A DNA stretch of 64,000 bases from Lama guanicoe (taxonomy: Eukaryota). A program made the position numbers and the translations under genes. The notes under the pieces were generated by a model. It saw only the letters and a program-made list of their open reading frames with translations. It searched no databases and was not told the origin of the DNA. Every line of letters starts with the position of its first letter. Positions within the stretch are counted from its first letter, which is position 1. Location: positions 17,973,145 to 18,037,144 of the forward strand of contig MU057354.1 in assembly GCA_013239625.1 (NCBI GenBank), in the 5' to 3' direction. Positions 50,470-63,960 of this stretch are shown piece after piece.

Positions 50470-51470
50470 GTGATGGTCAAGTCACTGACCTCTTCCCCTC
50501 TAGTCCCTGCAAGGCTGACCTCTATGTGATACAGGAAAATGGATGATCCTGTCCCAGGTCTTGGGCAAGTCCCCATGATGCGCCCTGCCAAGTGAGGGTC
50601 CTTGGCTTTGTACAGGAAAGAATTCAAGAGTGAGCCACAGTTGAGTAAAAGTAGATGTATTCAGGGAAATACTTAATCCTTAAACAGGGTGCAGGCTGTC
50701 TCAGAAGGCCAGAGAGGCCATGAGGCATGGAGATAGGTGTTTAGTTTAAAGTAAAAGTAGATAAATACTCCATAGACAGATTGCAGCCATCTCAGAAGGC
50801 AAAAGAACGCGACCATAAGGTGCACAGTTGTTAGTTTTTATGGGCTTCATATGCTAACAAGCGGGAGGTTTATTCCAACTACTTTAGGGAAGGGGTGGGG
50901 ATTCCCAGGAACTAGGCTACTGCCCACTTTTTGACCTTTTATGGTCAGCCTCGGAACTGTCATGGCTCCTGTGGGCGTGTCGTTTAGCATGCTGGTGTAT
51001 TACAATGAGTATATAATGAAGCTCAACGTCTACAGGAAGTCAAATCTCCCACCATCTTGGGCTTCAAGGTCTACTGGGAACTGAATCTTCAACAGCTGTG
51101 TCATTCTTTTCGTGGTTGTGCCCTGACCTCTTCCCTCCTGTCTCATATGGACTGCCTGATCCAAGCTCTGAGCCCTTGGTTTCAAATTCAGCTTGGCCCA
51201 TGGGAGCCACCCACAGGAGATCAGAAGGCAGGAGGGGAGAGGTAGGTGATTTCTTCTGTTCCCTCCCTGCTTCAGTCCAGTACTCTGACAGCGGCTGCCC
51301 TCTCCCAGAGCCACAGCGTTCCCTCACGGTCCAAACTCTCCCCAGGTTCTGATACCAACATTTCTACTGTCGCTAGTGTCTGGCTGCATCGTTATCCCTC
51401 CTTTGCTCCCTATGTCCTGCTCACTCCTCTGTATGTAGTCTCTTTATTAACCGCTATTCATTTGAACCAT
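50470..51470 (+). mobile_element. LTR33-like ERVL LTR split by an ERV1 LTR
   Basis: Removing 50527-51149 rejoins AGGCTGACCTCTATG with GACTGC...GGCCCATGGGAGCCACCCACAGGAGATCAGAAGGCAGGAG, a contiguous LTR33-like motif. Confidence 0.75.
50527..51145 (-). mobile_element. ERV1-type solo LTR
   Basis: The minus strand begins TGAGACAGGAGGGAAGAGGTCAGGGCACAACC and ends CCTGTATCA. Perfect TSD TATG (50523-50526, 51146-51149). Confidence 0.9.
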
Positions 51471-51471
51471 T

Positions 51472-51995
51472 TGTGGGAGACAGAATTCTAAGATGGCTCC
51501 CAAGAGTCTTGCCTGCTGTGTGCACACCTTACACAATCCCCTCCTCTTGAGTGCGGGTCAGTCTGGCCTAATCAGATGAGCCTTTTAAAAAGAGGGTCTA
51601 GGGCTCAGAGACAAAAGAAGACAGAGAGATTCAGAGTTGCAACAGATACTCTTCTGAAGGCCTTGACGGAACTAACTCTTATATTACAGAAAAGGCCACA
51701 TGGCCAGGAATGGCAGGCAGCCCTGAGGAGCTGAGAGTCGTCCCAGCTGAAAATCAGTAACAAAATGGGGCCTCAGTCCTATAACTACAACCAGAAGAAG
51801 CTTGGAGGAGGAGCCCAAGCTCCAGATAAGATCACAACCCTGGCCAACACCTTCACTTCAGTTTTGTGAGACCCTGAGCAGTAAACCTAGCTAACTCACC
51901 CCTGACTTTTGTCCCACAGAAACTATGAGATAACAATGGACGGTTACACCATGACAACACAAATTTGTCACACCACCTTAGTAAACAGAAATGCT
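51472..51995 (+). mobile_element. MaLR LTR (MLT1E-like)
   Basis: Starts TGTGGGAGACAGAATTCTAAGATGGCTCCC. Contains CCTAATCAGATGAGCC, GCCAACACCTT...GTGAGACCCTGAGCAG and CCCACAGAAACTATGAGATAA. Confidence 0.88.
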
Positions 51996-52889
51996 AATGA
52001 TTTGCTTTAATAGTTACAGAGTAACTTCATATACTTAAAAGAAATATACGCTTTTTCTTTTTCATACCCTTGCTCATTTTAATAAGGATTTAAAGTAGCT
52101 AACCTAGATTTCTGTATTATTCTATAGTTCAAATTTTTAAAAAGATATCCACTCTAAAGTTTGTCTGCATTAGTGAGTTTGCATTGTCTTGAAAACTGAT
52201 TTTTTTTAACTTCATTTAAATGAATTATGACTCTAAGTATTAAAAAAGTCTTTATCTTCCTCAGACATCTCGATAACTTGCAAGTTGTACCGTTCTGGTT
52301 CAATATCCTTTTTCTTTCCCCCTATTCCTGTCACTCTTTCAAAATTAGGTGAATGGCTGACTAACTCCTTTCATAAGTCAAATAACATTCTCCCTGTGAT
52401 TTCAATGGAAGTAAGTCAAGCTTCAGAAACCAGCACAGATACCTACCGTCGCACCGTTCCAGGGAGCCCCAGGAGTGAAAGACTCTGAAAAAGGTCTATA
52501 GCAGTCACATCCCCACTCAGCATAATGGCAAGCTCTGCTGCGGTTGCAAAACAATGGAAGGTATGAATGTAAATCAGTCCTTTAATTATCAGAGCTGTCA
52601 TTCCCTCCTTGATGTTCTTTCTGCCTCGGGAAAATCCCTAGCCCTATCGCTATTGCTTCAAAGTTCCAAAGTCTTACCCTCTGAATTTTTCCAGCGAACA
52701 GCAAGTCTTCATGAAATAATGACTACCCTTGGCGGAGACAAGGAGAGGCCTCCCTCTGCAGTGTATTCAACTTCTTTCTCTCTCTCTTGGGTCTTTCTCC
52801 ATGAAAATGTAAACATCAGACTGCTGTGATCTTAAAGAAAAAAAAAATCCTCCTTCACATTCATATAGACCTTTATCTCATCTTCATTT

Positions 52890-53970
52890 CTCAGGCAAAT
52901 TTCTGGAATTACCCATATTTACTTTACCCATTTCCTCTTGACCCACTGATTTTGGCTCCGCCATCACTTTACAGATACAGTCATTGCTAGGGTAACCAGT
53001 GATCTGTGCATTGTCAAATCCAAAGGATGTTTCTCCCTCTCCATTTGATTTATTATCTCAGAAACATTGTTCTTGAATCTATCTTCTTCTGGCCTCTGGA
53101 TGATGACACTCTCCTGGTCCTCTAGCTGCTTCCTCTCACATTTATTTGTAGGCTCCTTCTGGTTTACCAGCCACTAAATGTTGACAAGGATAAAAGTCCT
53201 AGGGCTGATCTTTGAGAATCATCTTTGGAATATCCTGTCTACAAGTCTGACTTATTTTGCCTCTTAAATAGTGTTCAAATCCATCTACTTCTCCCCATCT
53301 CCATTGTTATCACCTCTCATTCAAGCTATTTATCTTTTCCTTACTACTACAACAGCCTCCTAACTGGTCTCCTCACATGCCCCCTGCCTCCCTTCCAATG
53401 TATTCTCTTCAATGTGGCCAGAGGGAGGTTTTCAATATACAATCTATGTCATCATAGCCCCTTTAAATAAGTCTTCCCGCAGCTTACTATTACTTTTAGA
53501 ATAAAGACCTTTTAATAACTTCCATGTTCTTTAAATCATCTACATATTCTGCCTGCTGCCAGTTGTTACTCTGCACCCTTCTGTTTCTCCTCCATCTTTG
53601 CATTCCTATGGTTCCTTGAACAGTCAATATGCCTCTATGATCTTACCAATAGCTGTGCCCCCTGTAAAAAAAAATTCTCACTTCTCAATTTATTCAATAA
53701 TAATCACTCCTTCAAGGAAGCCTTCTCTAACCTCTCAGTGTGGGTCATATTCTTTAGTTGTATCTTTTGTAATTATATGCATTATCATTAATTACATTAA
53801 TCAGTGCGATCTTTTGATTATTTAAAGTCTGCCTCCCTTCTAGTGTTTAAGTTCTTTGGAAAAAAAAGGAGTGCCTATTTTGCTTATAGTTGCAGGATCT
53901 ACTCAGTACAGTGCCTGAAAGATGCTCTACAAGAAAGGTGTTCTATAAATTCCTGAATAAGTGAAAGAAT
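52890..53970 (+). mobile_element. L2 (ORF2 remnant to 3' end)
   Basis: AGGGTAACCAGTGATCT...TGTCAAATCCAAAGG, CCATCTACTTCTCCCCATCTCCA...AACAGCCTCCTAACTGGTCTCC, AGGAAGCCTTCTCTAAC and ACAGTGCCTG. Confidence 0.8.
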
Positions 53971-55229
53971 AATACGAAAGCGCTGCCTGGGAAATTGACA
54001 GGACTTGAGCCTGCCTCTCTGCCCTTCTCCTGTTGAGGAAATCATAAGAAATGAGGTGAGACGTTCAGGAAGAATAAGGAGCTGCTTCCTTCGTTTGTCC
54101 TAAGAAGTGGTTTTCACAAAAATGTAGCAAATGTTTTGTGAAAGTTCATTAAAAGAACAAAAAAGAGGGTCAAGATGCCTCCATGCAACTCATAATGCCT
54201 CCGGGTGTAAAGCACTAACCAGAAACATGGCACCGAGAGCAGGGCAGCTGAGGCTTCAGACTTGGACCCTGTTGTGTGGACCCTGTTCTGGCCCTCCCCG
54301 CCAAGCCCGTCCCCACAGGATGAGAGGACTTGGGGCCAAGCCAATGAGTCCACCTGGAGCTGTGCTTCCCTTTCTGGATTTCACCTCAGGTGCCCAAACA
54401 CCCCTGAGCTGAACCTACACAAGCCTCTCCCTTGGTCCCTTCTCCCGAGGGCAGACACCACCACAGGCGGCACGTCCTCAGGGCCATTGTTTCAGGGTAG
54501 GGTCGAGGTGGGAGACAGAGCCTGGGCTTGCGTGCTGGGGCATCCACAGCCACAGACGAGAGGTCCCTGTGAGACCGCACTGAGCCAGGATGGGAAGACG
54601 ATGGGGTCAGGCAGCTGACCAGGGGCCTCCATTTGTATCAAATATGTGAAAGAAAATAGAATTAGAGCCATGCAGATTTGGGGGCAGGCCCACTAATTGG
54701 TTTCTCTCCCTATAATAAAACTGACTTCAATCTCTCCCATTTGTTCCAACCATTAGGTCAGAACACTCTTTGTGGCCCTCTTTCGCTCCTTCAGTAATTT
54801 ACAATGCAACTTTTTGCCTACCTTGCTGAATGCAACCTTCTCTACTTCTCTTGCAAGCCCTCAAAGCCCTCTACCACAGAGCATCAAGCCCCATGGTCTG
54901 TGTTCACTGGAAACTGCTTTCCTATCAAGTCCATTTACACACACACACACATCACAATTCACATTTCCAGCTCTATGCTTTCACCTCTGTTACTCTCTCC
55001 CCCTGTGTGTCTGCCCTCTGAGTCTATCCAAAACAGTGGCCATATTTCAGAGCCTCGCTGACAATCTATCTTATCAAGCCTCTGTGATTGTCCAGTGCAC
55101 ACTAAATGTTCTTGCCCCTGAACTTCCATAGTCAAGATGTCATGCACCTTCAATTATGGGTCACATAATCAGGAAACCAGCTATTTAAACCCCATTAATT
55201 TTTTTGTCTCAAAAGTTCTTTTTGTGGTC

Positions 55230-55411
55230 TTTTTTAAATTAAAATATAGTTGATTTACAATGTTTCAGATGTACAGCAAAGTGATTCAGTTATACATATA
55301 AATACATTCTTTCTCAGATTCTTTTCTATTAACAGTTACTACAAGATACTGAACATAGTTCTCTGTGCTATACAGAAGTTCCTTGTTTATCTATTTTATA
55401 TATAGTAGTGT
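55230..55411 (-). mobile_element. Young L1 3' end
   Basis: TATAGTTGATTTACAATGTTTCAGATGTACAGCAAAGTGATTCAGTTATAC...TGTGCTATACAG. Confidence 0.88.
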
Positions 55412-56825
55412 TATAACAATGGCAAGGAACTTACTAACTAATCAGAAATATGGATTGAAAAGCAGCCCCCAATAGAGTCAACTTTATTTAGATTTAAGAT
55501 CCAATCTAGGCTTAGCATCCATCATTAATCTTTTTGTTTTTTTAACCACGTGAGTGAGACCTCTGGAATTTAACGAACTGAACTATGTTTAAAACAATGG
55601 GACATGTTCAATCAGGACATGTCTCAGTTCCAACTCCAGATTCTCCTCCCCAGGGGTGCTTCTTGGTTTCCCTTTCAATAGTTTCACAAAAGAGAATGTA
55701 CTTTCACAGAGTTCACAGAGATGAACAAAAACATTGTCCAGGGAATTACTGCATGGCAAGGATTTTCAGGAGAGTCCTGGGGCTGAGATTCTCATGCCCA
55801 AAACTCCAAGAACACTTTTGGACAAGCAGTTTGTTTTCAATTCATTCAGGTCTATTTGAAACTCACCTTCCTCCCCCACATGCCCAAGACCTTACCAAGC
55901 ATCTCATAAAAGCTCAGTAAATTCCTGCTGCTTAGTCAATTAAGGCATTTATGAAATTACAGTATTTCAATGCCACCCTTAATTGCAATCACCTACCAAG
56001 ATGTGGGCAGCGGAAATACCTAGCTCTTAATAGACTCGCACACAAAGGCAACCCATGAAAACATCTTTGGATTCTTTTCTTCTTAAAAAAAAAAAAAAAG
56101 AAAGAAAAAACAACAGCACTAATAGATGTAGATGCTCTTTTACTAAATGTTTCCTAACATGCTATTTGCTATATTTTCCAGTGATGAAAATGTAATAAGT
56201 CACTGACAATGCACCCAACAATTTATTGAATAACCTCTAATAAGGAAATCCAGTAACTCACAAAGCCATCAGGGGAAAAAAATGCACAATTAATTCTATC
56301 ATAGAGAAAAAAAATTTTTTTTTGGTTCATCCATCACTACTAGTCTGGCATTTTATGCACGTCATCACTTTCTGAACTTGCACTTTTATAGTTTTAATTG
56401 GCTGAGTCACAATCAAAAGGAGAAATAATAAATAAAGGGGGGAAAATCCCATAAAGAAATCTGGACAGAAATTATTTTCATATTTTTCTTTTATTATGAA
56501 ATAGGCAAATTGAAAAATTGAGAAGTTATTTTTATACCTTATTTTGATTAAAAATTTGCCTGTGTTCTTTAGTAAAACTAACCTATTCACCAACAGGTAA
56601 AGAAAACTGACTTCATCTTGTTCATTTTCCACTCTGACAAGATACTTTACTACATTATATGCAAACCTCATTGAGTTTCAATGCTTCAATGTTTTCAGAT
56701 ATTATAAATACATATATTTATACACACATACACACACAAACTTCCTGTTCTCTAGTCCAAATGGCTTGAAATTATGACCTGGTGAGATCTTGCTGTTTAA
56801 ATGAAAAAAGAGTCTCTGCTAGATT

Positions 56826-56894
56826 GAGAGAGAGAGACAGACAGACAGGCAGGCAGGCAGACAGGCAGGCAGACAGATGATAGGTAGATAGATA
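56826..56894. repeat. Compound microsatellite (GA)n(GACA)n(GGCA)n(GATA)n
   Basis: Seen directly. Confidence 0.9.
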
Positions 56895-58397
56895 TTCAGT
56901 CATTATAAGTTTTTTCCACATATGACATATTTTAAAGCTCTTATCAATTTCTCAGCAACGAAAATGTTCTTTTCTTGGAGAAGTTCCTCTTCAGATTGTT
57001 TTCTTTCTTCCAAGTCTTTCAGGTAAGTTCAGACAGTGAGGAGGATGAGAAGGCAGACTATGATGTCAGAATTTTAAAGTATTTTCAAGTATGTGAAGGT
57101 TATGAGAAAGGCCCATCTCTACAAGAATCAACAAGAGGTTTACATCCCTTTAAGAGGGTTTTACTATCTAGATTTCAGCCTAGGGAGAAATCACCCTATG
57201 TATAAATGCCCAAGCGTATGTTTGATAGAAAACATGCATTGTCCTTTTGAACAATTTAACTCTTTCCCTAACTTAAAATTTTCACAGCACTGTCCTTGTG
57301 CATCTTCCATTGGTTAATCTTGTTTAAAAACTTCTGCACAAATAAGTAAAAGTTCATCACAAACACTACAGACAATCTGTTACGAGTGACTATAAAACTG
57401 AAAATTAAAAATGTCCCAGAATATGAAAGCAAGGCCAGAAATATTCTATTCTCTGAAGTGAGAAATTAAAAAGCCACCAAAAAGAGTGTTTATTTAAATG
57501 AGTTTACAGTAATGCTCATATTTAATAAGGCAGTCAGGGTTGGCATCAGGCAAGCAACTGACATATAACTTATTAAACAAATCAAGAAAGAGTTACCTAC
57601 TCAGAATTTGCCTTGATAATGTGCGACAGAGCTATATATATAAAACATAGGGCAGGTGTCTGCATAGAGAGGGGTAAAGGAGAGTGTGAAATAAGAATGT
57701 GTCCGTTTCCACCAATGCCCAGGATAGAGGATACTCTTAACAGACAGAAATATCCCCTGGTCTGTGGAAGAGCAAGCCATCCTACTGGCCTAAATCAACC
57801 TAGATACGCCTCCCAATTATCTGATCCCCTTGGCTGAGAATCGCTTGTTCATTCAGCAGCTCTCTGTTAAGGGCTGACTTTGCAGCAGGCACTGCAGTAC
57901 ATGACGAGGGTACCAGAATGAAACGCTCAAGGAGAGTCCAGTCTAGAAAGAGGAGACTCGAACTCAAAGTGCTGTGACAACTCTCTGTTCACTGAGTCCC
58001 TTGTTGAAGTGTATCGTCTCTCCTCGGGGCTCAACACCGTGGTCCTGGCTCTTGAGTCAGACATAACTTCTACCACAAATTAGTAAAGCAGTACTCTGGT
58101 TAATCAGGAAGTCTCTTGTGAATTATTAGCATGAGTCAGCCTCCCTGGAGGCAAATATATCCAATTTAATTTCTCCATATGCAAAGCTGAGGTCCAGGCC
58201 CCAAATCCATACAGACTCCATCCCAGAAGGCTCTGCCTGAAGAAGCCAAATGATACCTTCTTGACAACACTGAGATACAAGAAGAGCCACTTACCAGCAA
58301 CATTTAGCCCTCACGTGACAAGATTTCTATTACACAGTACCATTTCCCTAAGTCGCTTTCATTATAAATACACATGAACTTGCAGCTTATTCTATAC

Positions 58398-58590
58398 CAG
58401 TGAGCCTCCAACTTGAGTGAGGATAGGAATCGTCTCTGGAGACTATTTTAAATGCAGAATCCTGGGCTGCACCCAAAGAGTTTCAGATCTAGAAAGTTCG
58501 GGAAAGGACCCAGAAATAAGCTTGCTTGTTTGCTTCCCCAAAACATTCCAGGTGATTCTGGTGTGACTTTAAGAAATATTCTTCAATAGA
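58398..58590. mobile_element. MER5-like hAT MITE
   Basis: AAATGCAGAATCCTGGGCTGCACCC...CCAGGTGATTCTG. Confidence 0.6.
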
Positions 58591-60669
58591 ACACTAAAAA
58601 TGGTGTCCATAAATTTAAAATGTATGCATTAATATGGAGGTATTAAGTGACCATTATAATCTTATTTTGAATAGTAATTACAGGTTACTAGTTTTAAAAT
58701 TCAATGCAGACATTGCATGATAGGGCCTGGTTGATCCCAGGCATTTGCTCTGGCACTCCCTGTCCCTGTCCCCCACCACAGCCAGGAACTGTCCTTCTCA
58801 GCCACTCTGCCTCTCAAGTCATGCCCTTGACTACTGAGACGCCTCTCTCAAATCATCCAAACTCACAACAGTGTGTTTTTTAATACTGCTCATCTCTGGC
58901 CCTTGGTGTAGCTATGATTATTCCTCATGATATATGTTTGCATAAATGTTTTTTTTTAATTATTTTATTGTTGTACCTGGTCTGGATGTTGAGGATGGAA
59001 ATAACACACAAAACTATTTGATGATTCTTAAATCCAAGCGAGAGGCACAAACAGAAGTGAATCCACTCTCCCTCTGACACTGGCCTGAATGCACCCCCAC
59101 AAGCTCCTCACCAATGATGCTCTTTTGAAAGTAACTCCATCCTGTTTACATCAGGTATGCATTTGTTCTAGCCATGAGCAAGTTTAACACTGCAAAGGGA
59201 TTACATGTGGCTGGAGGATGTAGTGGAACGTGAAAAGCTACCAAGTCTGAAAACTGTAGATACAATATTTGTATTCTTAGTAGAAATGATAGGAAATCTC
59301 AAAGTTTCTGGGTACAACATGTGAATATAGCAAACAAATTGTTGAGAGAGAACTTAGACTATTGTCTCAAAAATGGTGACATGAAGACAAAGCTGATGAC
59401 AGAGACATTCCAGTACTCTACCTTTTAGAGAAATCTGCAGAAAATCGAGGGCCAGATCCCCCTTCCATGTACCACTAAAAGCAAGTCAAACCAGTCCTGA
59501 AGCTCCCCAGATTACTCCAACCCTCAGACCCTCTTCCCCACCCAAACTTAGAAGCAACCCATTAAGGGGAGGAGTGGAGGTGGAAAATAGTAAGTGTTCT
59601 GCATAGTGAGGAAGGACGCCAGCTTTCCAATCACCCACGTGTTAGCTGACTTCCTCGCCGCCCTTTGTATGTTGCACAGTATTTGATGGCTCAGCAGAGG
59701 CCATTCCTAGGCATTGTACCAAGATGCCACCCAAGAGCCGACAGTTCTATTTCAACAGTTACCATCTTTGCCAATATAGCAGGGCAACACACGGATGTCA
59801 ATTCCCACAGCCTGAAACACAATTTTTTTTTACACAGATTTTGTAACCATGTGACTGTGAGTCAACCAGGTGTTTTTACCCTTTATCCATTCATTCTTTG
59901 AAAACCCTGCCCTTGTAAGGTGTTACTCCTGATAATCAAAATACCCTACTTGCTTAGTAAATTAATTACCAGTCTGGTGCCACCGAGGTCAAGCCCTCCA
60001 CTGAGAAGCAGAGCCACTACGGGGCCCTCCTGTTCCCAGATGTGCCCGCAGAGAGATTCTTGAGGTTGATGCAACGTTAACCCTCAAGAGAACTGGAAAA
60101 AGAATCTGATATTTTTCCCATTGCCCAGAAGTAATTCGAGAAAGGGGCAGAAATGAAGCCTCATATTTCTGCTTTGAGAGGTTGGATGGAGAAAGAGTAT
60201 CCCAGGTTTAGGAGCCTGGGGGCTCAGAGTGAGTCGAATGATTCAACGATTCACTGAGTCTCATCTATTAAATAAAAATGATGCTCCTAAGCTTTCAGAC
60301 ACACATTTTGTCACTGTCATCCACACAGGCTAAGATGAAGAGCAAGACTCCATTTATTTCCAGAGCTTCCTTGCTGAAAGATGCTACGTGTGATGCGAAG
60401 TTCACTGACATATCAATTCACAATTGGTTGGGATTGTCACAGAAATGTACAACTTCAAACAACATCAACCAGAGACAGATCTTTGCCATAAAATACAGAC
60501 AGGGATCATTTATCTGAGTGTGTCTCCTGCCTTCTTACTTTCAGAAGCTCAGCATGTGGACATGTCTAAACTGCATTCCACTTCCACTCAGACCACAGTC
60601 TGGACCGTGTGAGGCCAAACTCCTCCCAATATGGCAGCTACAACATAAAGGGCCAACTTCATCTCACTT

Positions 60670-60850
60670 TGAATAATCCAGACTGGGTTCGCGACTTTGT
60701 TTTATCACTCACCAGCTGGGTAGCCTCAAGCACATAGTTTAAAACTCTCAGAGCCTCAGACTCCTCACTTGTGACATTCAGACAATGCTTCAACTCTTTG
60801 GATTGTCAGGGAGTTTGAGGTTAAAAAGTATTTGTGGAAACACCCAACAC
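60670..60850 (+). mobile_element. MIR fragment
   Basis: CAGACTGGGTTC...CACTCACCAGCTGGGT...CTCTCAGAGCCTCAGACTCCTCACTTGT. Confidence 0.6.
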
Positions 60851-62034
60851 AGATGTGTTTCTGAGCACAGACACCCAGTAATTAGTCTTCTCAAAAATTT
60901 ATGAATAATGGTTATCTTTCTAAGTCATTTTCCATGACACTCATTCTTTTCGCTTCTCTCCTACCTGTTGTAGCTGGGACAAAGTTTCCAAGTACAAATG
61001 AAGTGACCCTCGTCAAGCAATAAAGAAACAAATCCTGGAACAGCTATTTCCTGTCTGACAGTTGGTACGCGTATGCTTCAGTGACTTTACTGTTTAGCCA
61101 TGAAACCTTCATCATAAGTGTCATTTGGCTTTAACTTTGCAATAAGGTAATTATAGTGCCGGGCTTATTAAAAACAGACTCCATCACAGGAGACTTTGAC
61201 GGATGTTGGCTGAAGTTCTAGTTTGACAGGCAAGTGGAATGAGCAAGTGCATGGCAGAGCTAAAGACATTATATTGCAAATGCTGTTTATTTTCTGTCAA
61301 CTATAAACTATGCAGTAAATAACACATTATAAAAGAGATCCGGAAATAACATTAAGCTAAAATGGAACCATCAATTATTCTCTCTTCTTTCGCTTTCAGA
61401 AGATTTTTTTTCCCCTTCACTAGTGGTACTTTTTTCTTTATTCGTTAATTGCTTTTTTTCCACAACTCCCCTGGTCTGCTCCACTGCCTATAAATCACTG
61501 TAAAAAAAGATAAAATGTTACTATTATGAAACGAGTGTAAAAAAGGTATTTAAATAAATTTGCTTTTGCCATTGAGCCAACTCTCTCTAACTTTTGAGGG
61601 AGAGTTTAAAGCTTCTACTGAGTATGTAGTAAACTTTTTTGGCAGAGTGCATGTATTTTTAGGACTCACACTATTTTAGGCACTGGGCAGAGTCCAGAAT
61701 TGAAGCAGTCACTTCACAGTGAGTTTTGGGGTGTAAATTTAAAAGATACTATGGGAGGAAGTTCAAGGTATTGAATCACAAAGGGTTTTGGATTAGCCGG
61801 CTGCAACAGCAAGATGGTAATAAATGGAGCAAACGGCACGAAGGAGAGGAAGAAAGAAGAATAAATGAAAAATTTATGTCTAACCTAACTCGGTCCCCAC
61901 TGGAAGCCACACCTACATCCAAGCCTTAGGAAGCTGTTCCAGTTTCCACGTGTGAAGGTCCAAGGCTCACATCTAGATCAACGAATACTTTCTGAAAATC
62001 TATCCCATGTCCAGCATCTTGCTAAACATCCCTT

Positions 62035-62285
62035 TTATTTATTTCTTTTTAACACCTCTATTGTGATATGATTCCTGTACAGTAAACTACACATATTTCA
62101 GACGCAAAATTTGATGAATTTTGATAGATGCATCTACATCAATGAAATCACCATGCAATCAAGATGGCTAACACTTGCATCACTCCCCAAGAGGTGCAAA
62201 TTTTGAATTCCCAATTAATCCCTTCCCACCCCCTTTAGTCTCTGGTAACCACAAGTTTGTTCTCTATGTCTGAGAGCCTGTTTTT
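62035..62285 (-). mobile_element. Old L1 3' end
   Basis: TATTGTGATATGATTC...TGATGAATTTTGA...CTCTGGTAACCACAAGTTTGTTCTCTATGTCTG. Confidence 0.75.
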
Positions 62286-63714
62286 GCTAAACACCCCTTT
62301 TACAAGTGAATCCATTCATTCAAACATTTTGAGCACCTAATATGTGTCACATATTGGGATCCAACTGTGAATGAGACAGAAATGGCCCTTATTCTTAAGT
62401 TCACACTTTATTTCTATATTTGCCCTTATGATATTCAGATTTCATGGTTAAAACTCATCTTCTCTAAGATGATGCCCAACGGGTATACCCAGCATTGTCA
62501 CTAGAGAACCTCTTTATTACATAATCTTGATGAGCACATTGCTGCCACAGGTAAAACGATGTAGGAATAGGAACTTTCAGTTACTCCAATTATCCACACC
62601 CATATATGTGGGTCAGAGAGAGAACCGAATGGGATGGAATTGAAGGAAGTCCTGTAATGGGGCTAATGTACATATTTTTATTCCATCAGCAGATTATAAA
62701 ATTACTAGCCAACAACCTTATGTGTAATAGAAACCCCCAAATACAAAGACACGTACAATAAAACCTACTGGACACAGTCCCGTATTTCAGGTTCTCTAAG
62801 AATTCAAGTTCTCATTTAAAACATTACATTGCTACAAGTCGCAACGGGCACTTTGAATAGTGGCCAAAGTTACTTGCAATTAAAGCAAATAAGGGGTACT
62901 GGCCCCTCACTGAGTTTTTCAGTCATATACAGATAATTCATCCTATGTTTAAAATAATAATGAACAAATTCTAACACATTTGATTAGAAAATGTTAAATT
63001 CTTTGCATCCCTGCAGATAACTGGAGACAATCTAAAATGTCTCAAACATCATGATCAGGAATCACGGTCTGGTTATCGAAGAGTTACGTGAATTACAGCA
63101 CTCTGGGAAATATTAATTGAAAGGAGTACGTGTCCTTAGAGATTTCTGGCTAGCCCAAAGTACCATGGGAATAAATGGAAAGCGTTTGAAACCACAATTC
63201 AGCAGGAATAAGACATAAGAACAGAAACACCAATATACCTAGAGAACAGGATTAAATCTCATGGACAAAGGACCACAAAGACATCCCCATCATACGACAC
63301 CAGCACAGAGACCTGCCACCATTTCTTTAACTCTCTGAGCACTAAAATTCTCTAAAACCATGAAATAAAAGTTTGATAATTTCACTTAAGTACTCTACTG
63401 TAAGGGAAGTGAGCATTATTATAAAGCAGATGTTTCTGTTTATAAACAGAGGGCATAGAAAAGTTCATGGCAGTTAGACACAGGCAGCAGTCCCTGAGTC
63501 CTACTCAGTCTCGAGGGTTTCTTAAACCTATCACTTCTCTAGAACAGATACATTGGCTGTTTGCTGAGGTTGCCACTTTCAGCAGCATGTTTTCGCATGT
63601 CTGTTTCTCCTTCATCTTAGAGTATAAATGTGTTCATGACACATACTGGCGATGTGGGAAGAACACGAGGACAACCTAACTCAGAAAGACTCAAATAATG
63701 ACATCACTGCATGT

Positions 63715-63895
63715 TACTTATTCATGATGCTTCCGTTTCCTCAACTATAAAATGAGGATGGTGTCGGTGTCGTCTGCTCAGACACGTTATAAGGAGTAAA
63801 TGAGGTCTCTGATGCCAAGCAAGGGCCTGGCTCTGTGCCTGAGGACGGTTGCTAAAATTACTACTATAGGTGCTGTTGATATATTGATAATATCT
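63715..63895 (+). mobile_element. MIR fragment
   Basis: TTTCCTCAACTATAAAATGAGGATG...AAGGAGTAAATGAG. Confidence 0.6.
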
Positions 63896-63924
63896 TTACC
63901 AACAGTATAACTGGTATAGATAAA

Positions 63925-63960
63925 TGTGTGTGTGTGTGTGTATGTGTATATATAGAGAGA
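63925..63960. repeat. (TG)n/(TA)n microsatellite
   Basis: Seen directly. Confidence 0.9.
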
